From Escherichia phage fDHCT2: 64,000 nucleotides of DNA. Numbering within the stretch: the first letter of the stretch is position 1; each line of letters begins with the position of its first letter. Under the pieces are notes generated by a model, which made no database searches, had not been told where the DNA came from, and saw only the letters and a list, made by a program, of their open reading frames with translations. Below are positions 1-10,251 of the stretch, piece by piece. Both the position numbers and the translations under genes were made by a program. The stretch lies in the sequence record OR427838.1; one strand, written 5' to 3'.

Positions 1-415
1 CATCAAATACCTTAGATGGGTCTGTATAGAGGTTACGCATGATATGGGTATATGAACGAGAGTGAATGGTTTCACTAAATGTCCATGTTGCCACCCAAGT
101 ATCAAGGCTAGGGTCGGAAATCAAGGCTTGAAGAGCAGCAGAAGGAGCACGACCCTGGATACTATCCAGAAGTGATTGATACTTCAGGTTATTGGTAAAA
201 ATATTTTGTTGGAATTGCGGAAGCTTATTAAACTGGGCTGCATCCATCATCAAGTTGACTTCTTCTGGACGCCAGAAAAAACTCAACTGCTTCTCACAAA
301 GCTCTTCGAACACTTTATGACGTTGGATATCATATCGAGCAATACCCAAACCTGAACCAAAGAACATCGGTTCGGCTAAAACATCAACCGGAGTGGTATT
401 AAAAACTGTAGACAT
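1..415 (-). CDS. nrdB: Ribonucleotide reductase beta subunit, N-terminal part (gene runs off window start)
   Basis: Minus-strand translation from ATG at 415-413 reads [33 protein letters not shown]..., matching my memory of T4 NrdB N-terminus; sits downstream of nrdA as in T4. Confidence 0.85.
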   Translation of the reverse strand, partial: MSTVFNTTPVDVLAEPMFFGSGLGIARYDIQRHKVFEELCEKQLSFFWRPEEVNLMMDAAQFNKLPQFQQNIFTNNLKYQSLLDSIQGRAPSAALQALISDPSLDTWVATWTFSETIHSRSYTHIMRNLYTDPSKVFD

Positions 416-450
416 GTTATTCTCATTTGTTATGGGTTTAAATTATTTTA

Positions 451-1254
451 TCACATATTATGTATAAGCACTTCAGTCTGGAATGACACACCTTTTGATA
501 CTTTTTGATATCTAGTTTCAAAATATTCAATTTTGAAATTGTTAGAAAGGGCCCAATCTTTTAGAATGTTATTATCAATATCATCTGATAGATTATTAGT
601 GATAATAAATTTAGACTTTGATCGTTTAATTTTATCTAATAATTCTAATTCATCCTTTTCTTCCCACCCCGAATATTTAAATTTAGTAGAAAGATATGGT
701 GGATCGATAAATAAGTTCCTGTTTTCAAAATCTAAATCTCTGAATGATTTATTTGAAAAACTTAGCAGATGTTGTCGATTTTTAAAAGCGGCGAATTTAT
801 CCTGTTGCGATTTATTAAAAGAAGTTCTAGAGTATTTAGCCCTATCCGCAAAAGAAGCTATATACTTATCATCTTTAGAAAATTTTAGCATTGAGCTGAA
901 TGCAAATAAATGTAGAACATACAAATACAACCCGTTTTTGGTTTTATCGTATTCCTTTGCCAGAGAGTAAAACGGTTTAGGGTCCACATCATTTAAACCG
1001 AAATCATCAATAATTTGGACAACGTCATTCATTGTTGAAGTTTTCATCGCGTTGTACATATTGATGACATGATAATTAATATCATTACACTCAACTCGCC
1101 GCCCACAATTCATAGAAAATCCAAGCCCACCACAAAAGGCATCTAAAACTATGGAGTCATCAAACCCCGTCACGAATTTATTAATAAAATCCATATATTT
1201 GTATTTTGAACCCGGGTAGGTTATCGCTGAATAATATTTCATCATATTTGCCAT
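451..1254 (-). CDS. dam: Dam-like N6-adenine DNA methyltransferase
   Basis: 267 aa; FCGGLGF SAM-binding motif and DPPY catalytic motif; blocks resemble T4 Dam (LYLYVLH, IDPPYL, WEEKDELELL). Confidence 0.8.
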   Translation of the reverse strand: MANMMKYYSAITYPGSKYKYMDFINKFVTGFDDSIVLDAFCGGLGFSMNCGRRVECNDINYHVINMYNAMKTSTMNDVVQIIDDFGLNDVDPKPFYSLAKEYDKTKNGLYLYVLHLFAFSSMLKFSKDDKYIASFADRAKYSRTSFNKSQQDKFAAFKNRQHLLSFSNKSFRDLDFENRNLFIDPPYLSTKFKYSGWEEKDELELLDKIKRSKSKFIITNNLSDDIDNNILKDWALSNNFKIEYFETRYQKVSKGVSFQTEVLIHNM

Positions 1255-1297
1255 TTTGTTAGTGACTCATCCATGAGTCAATTATAATCAGATTTTA

Positions 1298-3553
1298 TTA
1301 AAGCTTACAAGCTGCACAATCGTCGGCTTTAGGAGTTTCGATTTCATAATCGTCAGTACCAGAGCCATCACGGGTATTATGATAATAAAGGTTCTTACCA
1401 CCAAAGTACCAGAAATATAACAGGTCATCAAGCATTACCGACATAGGAACTTTTCCTTTCTCATAATTCTGAGGGTCGTAATACGTATTCGCTGATGCTG
1501 ATTGGCAAACCCATTTCAACATAATTGCTACTTGGGTAAGATAAGGTTTATTACCTTTCTTAGCGAGGCTCCAAGCATAATCATAGAGGCCTTGGTTATG
1601 TTCTACATTAGGAACTACCTGACGGAAGTTACCTTCTTTAGATTCTTTAATACTTACCGGACCACGCGGAGGTTCGATACCGTTGGTAGAGTTGGAAACC
1701 TGGCTGCTTGACTCGCATGGCATAAGTGCTGATAATGTGCTATTACGGATGCCATGTTTAACCAAGTCTTCCCGCAACGACGACCAGTCACAAACATAGT
1801 TTGGGGCTGCGATTTGGTCAATCTTTTTACTGTACCAGTCGATAGGAAGCTCGCCTCGAGACCATTTAGTGTCTGAATAATACTCGCAAGGTCCTTTTTC
1901 TTCGGCCAGCTTGATTGATGCTCGGATAAGTCCATACTGTAATCTCTCAAACAGTTCATGAGTTAAATCGTTTGCGTCTTCATAAGAAGCAAAGTTGCTT
2001 GCCAGCCATGCTGCGTAGTTAGTAACACCGACACCCAGGTTACGACGTTTCTTAGCCTTCAAAGCTTCAGGAACAGGATAGCTTTGATAATCTAATAGGT
2101 TATCAAGTGCACGTACCTGTACTTCAGCGAGTTCGTTGATTTTGTCTTGGTCTTGCCAATCAAAGTTATCCAACACGAATGCAGACAGCGTACACAACCC
2201 GATTTCAGCGTCCGGACTATTCACATCGGTAGTTGGGATAGCAATTTCACAGCATAGGTTACTTTGGCGAATAGGAGCCTTTTCACGAATAAATGGTGTG
2301 AAGTTATTAGTGTTATCAACGAACTGAGGATAAATTCGTGCAGTGCCTGAACGTTCAGTCATGAACAATTCAAAGAGGTCACGTGCTTTAATACGTTTCT
2401 TACGAATACTAGAGTCTTTTTCAGCCGCTTCATACAATTCACGGAAACGTTCTTGGTCTTCAAAATAAGAATAATAAAGCTCACCACCCATTTCATGAGG
2501 ACTGAACAGCGTGATGTAATCATTTTTACCGAAACGTTCCATCATAAGGTCGTTCAACTGGATTCCGTAGTCCATATGGCGAATACGGTTCTCATCGACC
2601 CCTTTGTTGTTTTTCAGAACGAGCAGATTTTCAACTTCCAAATGCCAAATAGGATAATAAGCAGTAGCAGCGCCGCCACGGATTCCACCTTGTGAACATG
2701 ATTTAACAGCAGTCTGGAAATGTTTCCAGAATGGAATAACGCCTGTATGTTTGACTTCACCCATGCCAATACGAGAACCTTCAGCACGAATCATACCAAC
2801 GTTGATACCAATACCTGCACGTTTAGAAATGTATTCAATTATTGAGTTAGCAGTTTTGTTAATAGATTTCAGTGAGTCGCCTGCTTCAATAACCACACAA
2901 GAACTAAATTGACGGGTTGGTGTACGTGCCCCAGCCATAATAGGAGTTGGTAATGAAACCTGACGGGTACTTACAGCATCATAAAAACGAATAATATGGG
3001 CTAAACGGTTCCCTGGCTCGTCTTGGTGTAAGGCCATGCCAATACACATGATAGCGAACTGAGGGGTTTCGTAGATTTTACCGGTTGTTTTATCTTTAAC
3101 CAGATATTTCTCTTTAAGCTGCATCGCCCCAGCATAAGTCAATTCGAAATCGCGTTCATGCTTAATATGAGATTCTAAGAAAGTAATTTCTTCTGCAGAG
3201 TAACGAGATAACAACTCAGGGTCATATTTACCTTCGTTAACACAATAGGAAATATGGTCAATAAAACTACGCGGTTCAAACTGGCCATAAACTTCTTTAC
3301 GCAGGGCAAACATCAATTGCTTTGCAGCAACATACTGATAATCAGGTTCTTCAACCGAAATAAGGTTAGCTGCTACCTTAACAGTCAGATTCTGGATATC
3401 TTTGGTAGTCATACCATCACGAAGGTGGGTTTTGATTTCTTCGTATAATTCATATGGGTCGATTTGGGTTCCTTCACAGCCCCAAGTCAGAACTTTAATA
3501 ATTTTTTGTGCGTCAAAATCTTGGGATACACCACTACTCTTTTGTACTTGCAT
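1298..3553 (-). CDS. nrdA: Ribonucleotide reductase alpha subunit
   Basis: 751 aa (T4 NrdA about 754); class I RNR large-subunit blocks incl. C-terminal redox cysteine tail CAACKL. Confidence 0.95.
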   Translation of the reverse strand: MQVQKSSGVSQDFDAQKIIKVLTWGCEGTQIDPYELYEEIKTHLRDGMTTKDIQNLTVKVAANLISVEEPDYQYVAAKQLMFALRKEVYGQFEPRSFIDHISYCVNEGKYDPELLSRYSAEEITFLESHIKHERDFELTYAGAMQLKEKYLVKDKTTGKIYETPQFAIMCIGMALHQDEPGNRLAHIIRFYDAVSTRQVSLPTPIMAGARTPTRQFSSCVVIEAGDSLKSINKTANSIIEYISKRAGIGINVGMIRAEGSRIGMGEVKHTGVIPFWKHFQTAVKSCSQGGIRGGAATAYYPIWHLEVENLLVLKNNKGVDENRIRHMDYGIQLNDLMMERFGKNDYITLFSPHEMGGELYYSYFEDQERFRELYEAAEKDSSIRKKRIKARDLFELFMTERSGTARIYPQFVDNTNNFTPFIREKAPIRQSNLCCEIAIPTTDVNSPDAEIGLCTLSAFVLDNFDWQDQDKINELAEVQVRALDNLLDYQSYPVPEALKAKKRRNLGVGVTNYAAWLASNFASYEDANDLTHELFERLQYGLIRASIKLAEEKGPCEYYSDTKWSRGELPIDWYSKKIDQIAAPNYVCDWSSLREDLVKHGIRNSTLSALMPCESSSQVSNSTNGIEPPRGPVSIKESKEGNFRQVVPNVEHNQGLYDYAWSLAKKGNKPYLTQVAIMLKWVCQSASANTYYDPQNYEKGKVPMSVMLDDLLYFWYFGGKNLYYHNTRDGSGTDDYEIETPKADDCAACKL

Positions 3554-3616
3554 AATTTCCTCAATATGTTAGGTTCTACATCTATAATAACATAGAACCT
3601 GTTAAGCATGGACTGA

Positions 3617-3624
3617 TATTTATA
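3617..3624 (-). promoter_or_regulatory. Late-promoter-like TATAAATA motif upstream of nrdA
   Basis: Exact TATAAATA on minus strand, about 60 nt upstream of nrdA ATG. Confidence 0.3.
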
Positions 3625-3974
3625 GGTCTTCTAATGAGAACGTATCTTTGAAAAGTTTGTTAACAACCAGGGCTATCACATCCCCATGACAGTCCTTAGG
3701 TTTACAGGTACACGCTATTCGCATACCTCTAAGGGTTTCAAGGTGTTCTCTTTTAATTTCACCTGATTTTATTTTAGCAATAAAGTATTCTTTAAAGTTC
3801 TTGATGTTTTCCTCACGAGTCCCATCTTTAAATGGATTACCCCACATAGTTCCACGTTGGATGTTTACATCAAAATCTTCTTTATACTTGTTAACAACTC
3901 TACAGACTCTCATTATAGCACCAAATTCAGTCCGACCATAATAACCAAAAACAGAGTACAGATTATTTGAATTT

Positions 3975-5658
<1,684 letters not shown>

Positions 5659-5668
5659 TATATTTTCC

Positions 5669-5908
5669 TCACGCTTTCTTAGCGATTTTCCAGTCAGCTT
5701 TAAATTGGTCAACATCAGAATGGTGAATCCAGAAACCGGATGAGCTACCATCTTCATAAAGAGGACATCCATCACACTCATCTTTCCACCCCATCGCGCA
5801 TAAAGCTTGTTCAGCTTTTTCCAGAGCTTCCGGGTTATTACCTTGGATTGTGAAGTACCATTTGCCTTTAACTTCAGAATCGTTGATTGATTCACGTTGT
5901 AATTTCAT
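5669..5908 (-). CDS. Hypothetical small protein (start refined to ATG 5908, AGGAGA SD 5 nt upstream)
   Basis: Track ORF 5669..5929 begins at TTG; in-frame ATG with strong SD; downstream of early promoter element. Confidence 0.45.
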   Translation of the reverse strand: MKLQRESINDSEVKGKWYFTIQGNNPEALEKAEQALCAMGWKDECDGCPLYEDGSSSGFWIHHSDVDQFKADWKIAKKA

Positions 5909-5920
5909 TTTATTCTCCTT

Positions 5921-5963
5921 AGTTGACAAGGCTATAGTATCACTACCATAGCCTGATGTAAAC
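5921..5963 (-). promoter_or_regulatory. Early-type promoter element (GTTTAC -35, extended -10, conserved downstream box)
   Basis: Member of repeated element family. Confidence 0.5.
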
Positions 5964-6191
5964 TTATTTTTGAATTAAGCCCATATAAAATTTAGCGTCT
6001 TCCGGGTGCATACCGTCACAATACTCATCAGCCATAAAGCGGGTAAGGTCTTCAAGAGGACCTTGGACTTCAATTTGCATACTACAGAATTGAGTATCTT
6101 TAATATGGGTCATAACTAAAGAAGGATAACGATTACGGATAACTTCGTAAGTGTATTCAAAATCAACGATATCAATATTAACCTTAGCCAT
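5964..6191 (-). CDS. Hypothetical small protein (start refined to ATG 6191, GAGGA SD)
   Basis: Track ORF 5964..6209; SD position supports internal Met. Confidence 0.45.
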   Translation of the reverse strand: MAKVNIDIVDFEYTYEVIRNRYPSLVMTHIKDTQFCSMQIEVQGPLEDLTRFMADEYCDGMHPEDAKFYMGLIQK

Positions 6192-6210
6192 TTTATTTTC
6201 CTCACTCATT

Positions 6211-6253
6211 AGTTGATAGATCTATAGTATCACGTTTAAAGGCGTTATAAACA
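6211..6253 (-). promoter_or_regulatory. Early-type promoter element (GTTTAT -35 variant)
   Basis: GTTTAT-N17-TACTAT plus conserved downstream box. Confidence 0.5.
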
Positions 6254-6514
6254 TTTATTTTGAATTTTATCAAGCCACTTACCAAGTTTAATCATTTCTT
6301 TAGTAGCTTTTTCCATACTTCTGAATTTAACCAGTAAAGGTTGTGCATCAACACCCATAACTAAAGTGGTTACAAGACTATGTTCACCTACAAGCCATAA
6401 TGAATAAGTTTGGATATCGAGCCCGTAATTTCGGTCTTTATGAACTCGTACGCCCATAACTTCAAACTGTTCGCTGGCTTTTTCTACGGCATCCAGGAAA
6501 TCATCTTTAGTCAT
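6245..6514 (-). CDS. Hypothetical small protein (ATG 6514 immediately follows stop of upstream gene)
   Basis: Track ORF 6245..6526 starts at TTG; ATG 4 codons in. Confidence 0.45.
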   Translation of the reverse strand: MTKDDFLDAVEKASEQFEVMGVRVHKDRNYGLDIQTYSLWLVGEHSLVTTLVMGVDAQPLLVKFRSMEKATKEMIKLGKWLDKIQNKCL

Positions 6515-6515
6515 G

Positions 6516-6878
6516 TTAAATTCCAAAGGTAGCTTTAATCAAGGCAACAACTTCCGCCGCATTTTTATGATTGACTTGTACATGAATGGTTTGGGTATCT
6601 ATTACAGGGGTATCATCTACTTCTATGAAGTGTTTGAATTCCCATTCAGCGAGTTCAAAATATTCATCAGCATTATCTAGGCTATCTAAGATAGTACCGT
6701 CTTTCATTTCAACTTTTTCAACAAAATAATCACCGTCGATATAACACATATCCAGGACTTTAAAGGAACCACCGTGTTGTTCCATCAGTTTGACCATACG
6801 TGAGTTATCGTCAGGACTACCCTCAATGAATTTTCTTTTAGAAGAAGGGTCTAATGCGTAAGTTTTACCAGTTTCCAT
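6516..6878 (-). CDS. Hypothetical protein
   Basis: 120-aa ORF; GAGGAAAT SD before ATG; downstream of early promoter element at 6894-6937. Confidence 0.5.
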   Translation of the reverse strand: METGKTYALDPSSKRKFIEGSPDDNSRMVKLMEQHGGSFKVLDMCYIDGDYFVEKVEMKDGTILDSLDNADEYFELAEWEFKHFIEVDDTPVIDTQTIHVQVNHKNAAEVVALIKATFGI

Positions 6879-6893
6879 TTTTATTTCCTCATG

Positions 6894-6937
6894 TAGTTGA
6901 TAAGTCTATAGTATCATGTTTAAAGGCATTGTAAACC
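6894..6937 (-). promoter_or_regulatory. Early-type promoter element
   Basis: Minus-strand GTTTAC-N17-TGA-TACTAT-AGACTTATCAACTA then SD and ATG. Confidence 0.55.
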
Positions 6938-6947
6938 ATTAAATGCC

Positions 6948-6972
6948 AAAAAGGGAAGACCGAAGTCTTCCC
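6948..6972 (-). terminator. Rho-independent terminator downstream of gene 32
   Basis: GGGAAGAC-UUCG-GUCUUCCC hairpin followed by U run on minus strand. Confidence 0.6.
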
Positions 6973-6988
6973 ATTATAAATCAATAAC

Positions 6989-7894
6989 TTATAGACCAGC
7001 TAACAAATCGTCCAGACCGTCGTCATCAGAAGGACTTACTGACGGCTCAGGAGTAGTGGAACGAGCAGGTGTAGACGGTTTGGAATCATACGCATCAAGG
7101 TCTGCACTGAATGCGTCCAGGTCATCACCAATCTTATCAGCGGCTGCAGAAGCTTTAGCGGCAGCACCACCAAGAGCAGCTGTACCAACAACTTTCTTAA
7201 ACTTGGCTTCGTTAGTTTCGAATGATTTGAAATCGAGCAGTTTAGAAAGGTCGTGCATTTCTTCCATCAATTTAGCTTGGTAAGCTTCGTCATTGATGTT
7301 AGGAATTTCAGACTGACCCATGAATTTGGAATCGTCGTAGTTTTTGAAGTCGCCAACTTTCTTAGATTTCAGTACGAAGTTCGCACCATCAAATGGACAT
7401 GTTACGTCAACCGGCACTTCACCAATATCAGTATCAACTTCAACCATCTGGTTGATTTTATCCATAATTTTCTGACCGAAACGGAATTTAAACACTTTAC
7501 CTTCGTTAGCAGGCACTGCACTATCCTTAATAACAAGGATGTTAGCCCAGAAGGAAGTTTTACGTTTCATCAGTTTGTATTCGGCATTATTAGTATTATA
7601 CGTATCGTTCTGGTTCATGTATTTACATACAGGACATGAATCGAAATCACCGTGTGTAGACGTACAGTTTTCAATGTACCATTGACCATTTTTCTTGAAG
7701 CCGTGGTTAACGAGCTTAATGAATGGAGATGGATTTTCTTCGTTTTTCGAAGGTAGGAAACGAATTACCGCAGTACCAACACCGTTGTCATCTTTCAATT
7801 TCCATTCAGCTTTATCATCGGAAGAGAAAGAAGAACCACCTTTCATTGCAGACAGTTGAGCAGCCAGTTGAGCAGGGTCACGACGTTTAAACAT
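6989..7894 (-). CDS. 32: Single-stranded DNA-binding protein gp32
   Basis: 301 aa as T4 gp32; blocks [20 protein letters not shown], acidic C-terminal tail. Confidence 0.95.
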   Translation of the reverse strand: MFKRRDPAQLAAQLSAMKGGSSFSSDDKAEWKLKDDNGVGTAVIRFLPSKNEENPSPFIKLVNHGFKKNGQWYIENCTSTHGDFDSCPVCKYMNQNDTYNTNNAEYKLMKRKTSFWANILVIKDSAVPANEGKVFKFRFGQKIMDKINQMVEVDTDIGEVPVDVTCPFDGANFVLKSKKVGDFKNYDDSKFMGQSEIPNINDEAYQAKLMEEMHDLSKLLDFKSFETNEAKFKKVVGTAALGGAAAKASAAADKIGDDLDAFSADLDAYDSKPSTPARSTTPEPSVSPSDDDGLDDLLAGL

Positions 7895-7958
7895 ATTATT
7901 TACCTTAGCAGATTTATCAGTTGTATTTTATTGACAGTTTTTAACAGATTGAGTTAGT

Positions 7959-7983
7959 ATATTAACACAGTTGATTTGAAGCA
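7959..7983 (-). promoter_or_regulatory. Candidate MotA-dependent middle promoter for gene 32
   Basis: AATGCTTCA (MotA-box-like) then 12 nt then TAATAT on minus strand. Confidence 0.4.
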
Positions 7984-8637
7984 TTAAAACTTGCAAGATT
8001 TGATAGTTTCAATGAACAATTTACGAGCTTCTAAATTATCGATTATAAGAATTTTCTTATAAGCATTTAATTTAGTCGAATACTTAGACCACACTAAATC
8101 GTTGGTCTGTTCATCATGTTTATTTATTATATCCATAAATGAATCAAGCAAAATAAACGTTTCGAACGAAATAACATTCGATTGAAGGAGCTTAAAAATA
8201 TAGCTCGAGTTAACTTTTTTATTATACTCAAAAATTTCAGAAAGCGCTTGAACTTCCACTTTCTTACTAAAATAATAAATGTTTTTGATATCATCCTCAA
8301 AAACTTGTTTTATTCTTTTAAGTCTACCGATATATTCTCGGTAAAAGACTAAGGCGTCAGCATCACTGATGTCGCCAATCCATGCGTCTTGGTTAGCCAC
8401 CAAGTTACTCATGAAGATAAGAGCAAGCTCTTTCAAAGTGTATTTATCACTCAATTTCTCGAAGAAATATTTGTCACGACGTTTTTGGTAAGCCGTATCA
8501 GAGATTCGCATGACCCAGTTATATTTTATAACGTCGTATTTGGCGTTGAAGTGATGTTTGAGCATTAAGTATAGTGAATATACGCTCTTACCATTCACCA
8601 TACGATTATTGTTTGGTGGCATGCGAATCTTAATCAT
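7984..8637 (-). CDS. 59: Helicase loader gp59
   Basis: 217 aa; near-colinear with my memory of T4 gp59 (YDVIKYNW, ALIFMSNLVANQDAWIGDISDADALVFYREYIGRL). Confidence 0.9.
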   Translation of the reverse strand: MIKIRMPPNNNRMVNGKSVYSLYLMLKHHFNAKYDVIKYNWVMRISDTAYQKRRDKYFFEKLSDKYTLKELALIFMSNLVANQDAWIGDISDADALVFYREYIGRLKRIKQVFEDDIKNIYYFSKKVEVQALSEIFEYNKKVNSSYIFKLLQSNVISFETFILLDSFMDIINKHDEQTNDLVWSKYSTKLNAYKKILIIDNLEARKLFIETIKSCKF

Positions 8638-8936
8638 AACAAGAAATCCAAGGTATTAGTTTTTTGCGTTCGTGCCATTGAAGGACGAAGCAAGTTATCA
8701 TCAATGGCTTCGTTCATAATTTTATCAATAATTCCTGCAGGCAAATAACGAGCAAAGTTACCTTCAGGGATGCTGTTCTCTTCCAACCATGCGGTAGCCG
8801 CTTCGAGGTAACTACAACCTTCAGCCTCAACAAAGGCCTCAATATCAAGGCCATTCTGTTGTTTATTTACCAATACATGGACAGGTTCAGAAGCGGTATT
8901 AACCGCTCCATCAAAATCATTCAAAGATTGTGTCAT
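8634..8936 (-). CDS. 33: Late transcription co-activator gp33
   Basis: 100 aa; position between 59 and dsbA as in T4. Confidence 0.8.
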   Translation of the reverse strand: MTQSLNDFDGAVNTASEPVHVLVNKQQNGLDIEAFVEAEGCSYLEAATAWLEENSIPEGNFARYLPAGIIDKIMNEAIDDNLLRPSMARTQKTNTLDFLL

Positions 8937-9186
8937 ACAGTTCTACCACTTCAGTTTTTTCGTCTTCGAAACGTTCACGAGTGCCTTTATGATACAGTGA
9001 GAACAGCTGGTTAAACATTTTACCGTCGACACCAAGTTCAGTCTTAGCACGGTCTTTGATATCTTTAATTTCATCGCCATAGGCTTCCATTTTTAATTTA
9101 GTATCGGAAGCAGACTTAATCAGTTGTGCCAATGTGTTACCATGTTCTTCTTGATTGAATTCAACTTTCACTTTTTCTTTAGCCAT
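8917..9186 (-). CDS. dsbA: dsDNA-binding protein DsbA
   Basis: Start refined to ATG 9186 (MAKEKVKV...); synteny with T4 dsbA upstream of rnh. Confidence 0.75.
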   Translation of the reverse strand: MAKEKVKVEFNQEEHGNTLAQLIKSASDTKLKMEAYGDEIKDIKDRAKTELGVDGKMFNQLFSLYHKGTRERFEDEKTEVVELYDTIFE

Positions 9187-9196
9187 TATATTCACC

Positions 9197-10144
9197 TTAA
9201 TAAAAATCAGCTACCGTAGCAGTTAGTTTAGACAAACCAGATTTAACGAAATAAGGATAGACTTTAGATTTCGAAGGTTTGTTATACGTATTATATCTTT
9301 CGGTAATTAAAGCAACAATATCATCTGGAATAAAGTCCATATCAATTAAGATTTGGTTTTCACAGAAACGTTCATATTGTTCCTCAGTAAGAAGTGTTTT
9401 AATTATATCATGGTCATAATAATTCAGAGCAATCGCTTCAAGTTCCTTGGCACGGGTGCTAGGAGTACGTTCGCCTTCAACCATTGTCAACCAGTAGTCA
9501 CCACGAACTTTAATACTTGCAACGTTATCCTTGCGGTCACCTTTAATAACCTTAGTCACACAATCAAGCAGAGCATCACCAGATTTTGTTTTGACGAATT
9601 TTTTCTGCATTGGAGACCATTGTTTTACACCAGGGAATTTATGAAGTTGGGTAAAGTCGCCATCAGAAGAACCAATCATAACAGGATGGCCTAAAGCCGT
9701 AAGGATGCGAGTCAATACAGCAATATGGTCATCGGCCTCTATTGTATCGATATTCATAACAATATAAGGCATGTTTTGTTCCAGTTCATCCACAATAATA
9801 TGCATTGCAGTGAATAAGCCTTCCCAATCAAATGGTGATTCGTCACGAGCCTTAGCACGGTTTTTCTTATAATAAGAAGAATAACGACGACGCCAATAAC
9901 CCGATTTAGAGTTATCAACACAAATGATTAGTTGGTTGTAACCTTGTTTACGGAAGTCTTTAATATTTTTCTTAATTGAATTCAAGACGAGGTGTCGAAG
10001 CATTGCTGTAGTTACTTTAGGAAATCCAGCGTTTTCACCAAATTCTTGGAAGGCCGCCGCCATAATGATTTGGCTGAAATCTAGGAGTAAAAATCCATCT
10101 TTTTGTTGGTCTTCTTCAGGAAGTAAAAAATCTAAATCGTTCAT
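9197..10144 (-). CDS. rnh: RNase H (5-prime to 3-prime exonuclease)
   Basis: Start refined to ATG 10144 by alignment to T4 RNase H; FEN-family acidic-residue blocks (IDNAKSGYWRR-like, YEADD, SSDGDFTQL). Confidence 0.9.
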   Translation of the reverse strand: MNDLDFLLPEEDQQKDGFLLLDFSQIIMAAAFQEFGENAGFPKVTTAMLRHLVLNSIKKNIKDFRKQGYNQLIICVDNSKSGYWRRRYSSYYKKNRAKARDESPFDWEGLFTAMHIIVDELEQNMPYIVMNIDTIEADDHIAVLTRILTALGHPVMIGSSDGDFTQLHKFPGVKQWSPMQKKFVKTKSGDALLDCVTKVIKGDRKDNVASIKVRGDYWLTMVEGERTPSTRAKELEAIALNYYDHDIIKTLLTEEQYERFCENQILIDMDFIPDDIVALITERYNTYNKPSKSKVYPYFVKSGLSKLTATVADFY

Positions 10145-10175
10145 ATGAACCTCTGTCCAAGTAGTTGAGAGGTTC

Positions 10176-10204
10176 ATTATATCATGACCCTAGAAGAAGT
10201 AAAC
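10176..10204 (-). promoter_or_regulatory. Sigma-70-type promoter for rnh
   Basis: GTTTAC-N17-TATAAT on minus strand. Confidence 0.55.
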
Positions 10205-10211
10205 ACTTTGC

Positions 10212-10219
10212 TATAAATA
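10212..10219 (+). promoter_or_regulatory. Late promoter TATAAATA for gene 34
   Basis: Exact TATAAATA about 30 nt upstream of gene 34 ATG. Confidence 0.6.
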
Positions 10220-10251
10220 GTTCTATACCCTGAAAACGAAAAGGAAATAAA

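Noticed and set aside
533-970. Plus-strand 145-aa ORF
   Set aside because: Antisense to the Dam-like methyltransferase gene; low-complexity translation, no RBS
1502-3448. Several plus-strand and off-frame ORFs (1502..1711, 1654..1959, 2136..2327, 2453..2695, 3254..3448)
   Set aside because: All lie inside nrdA, whose identity is strongly supported; taken as chance ORFs
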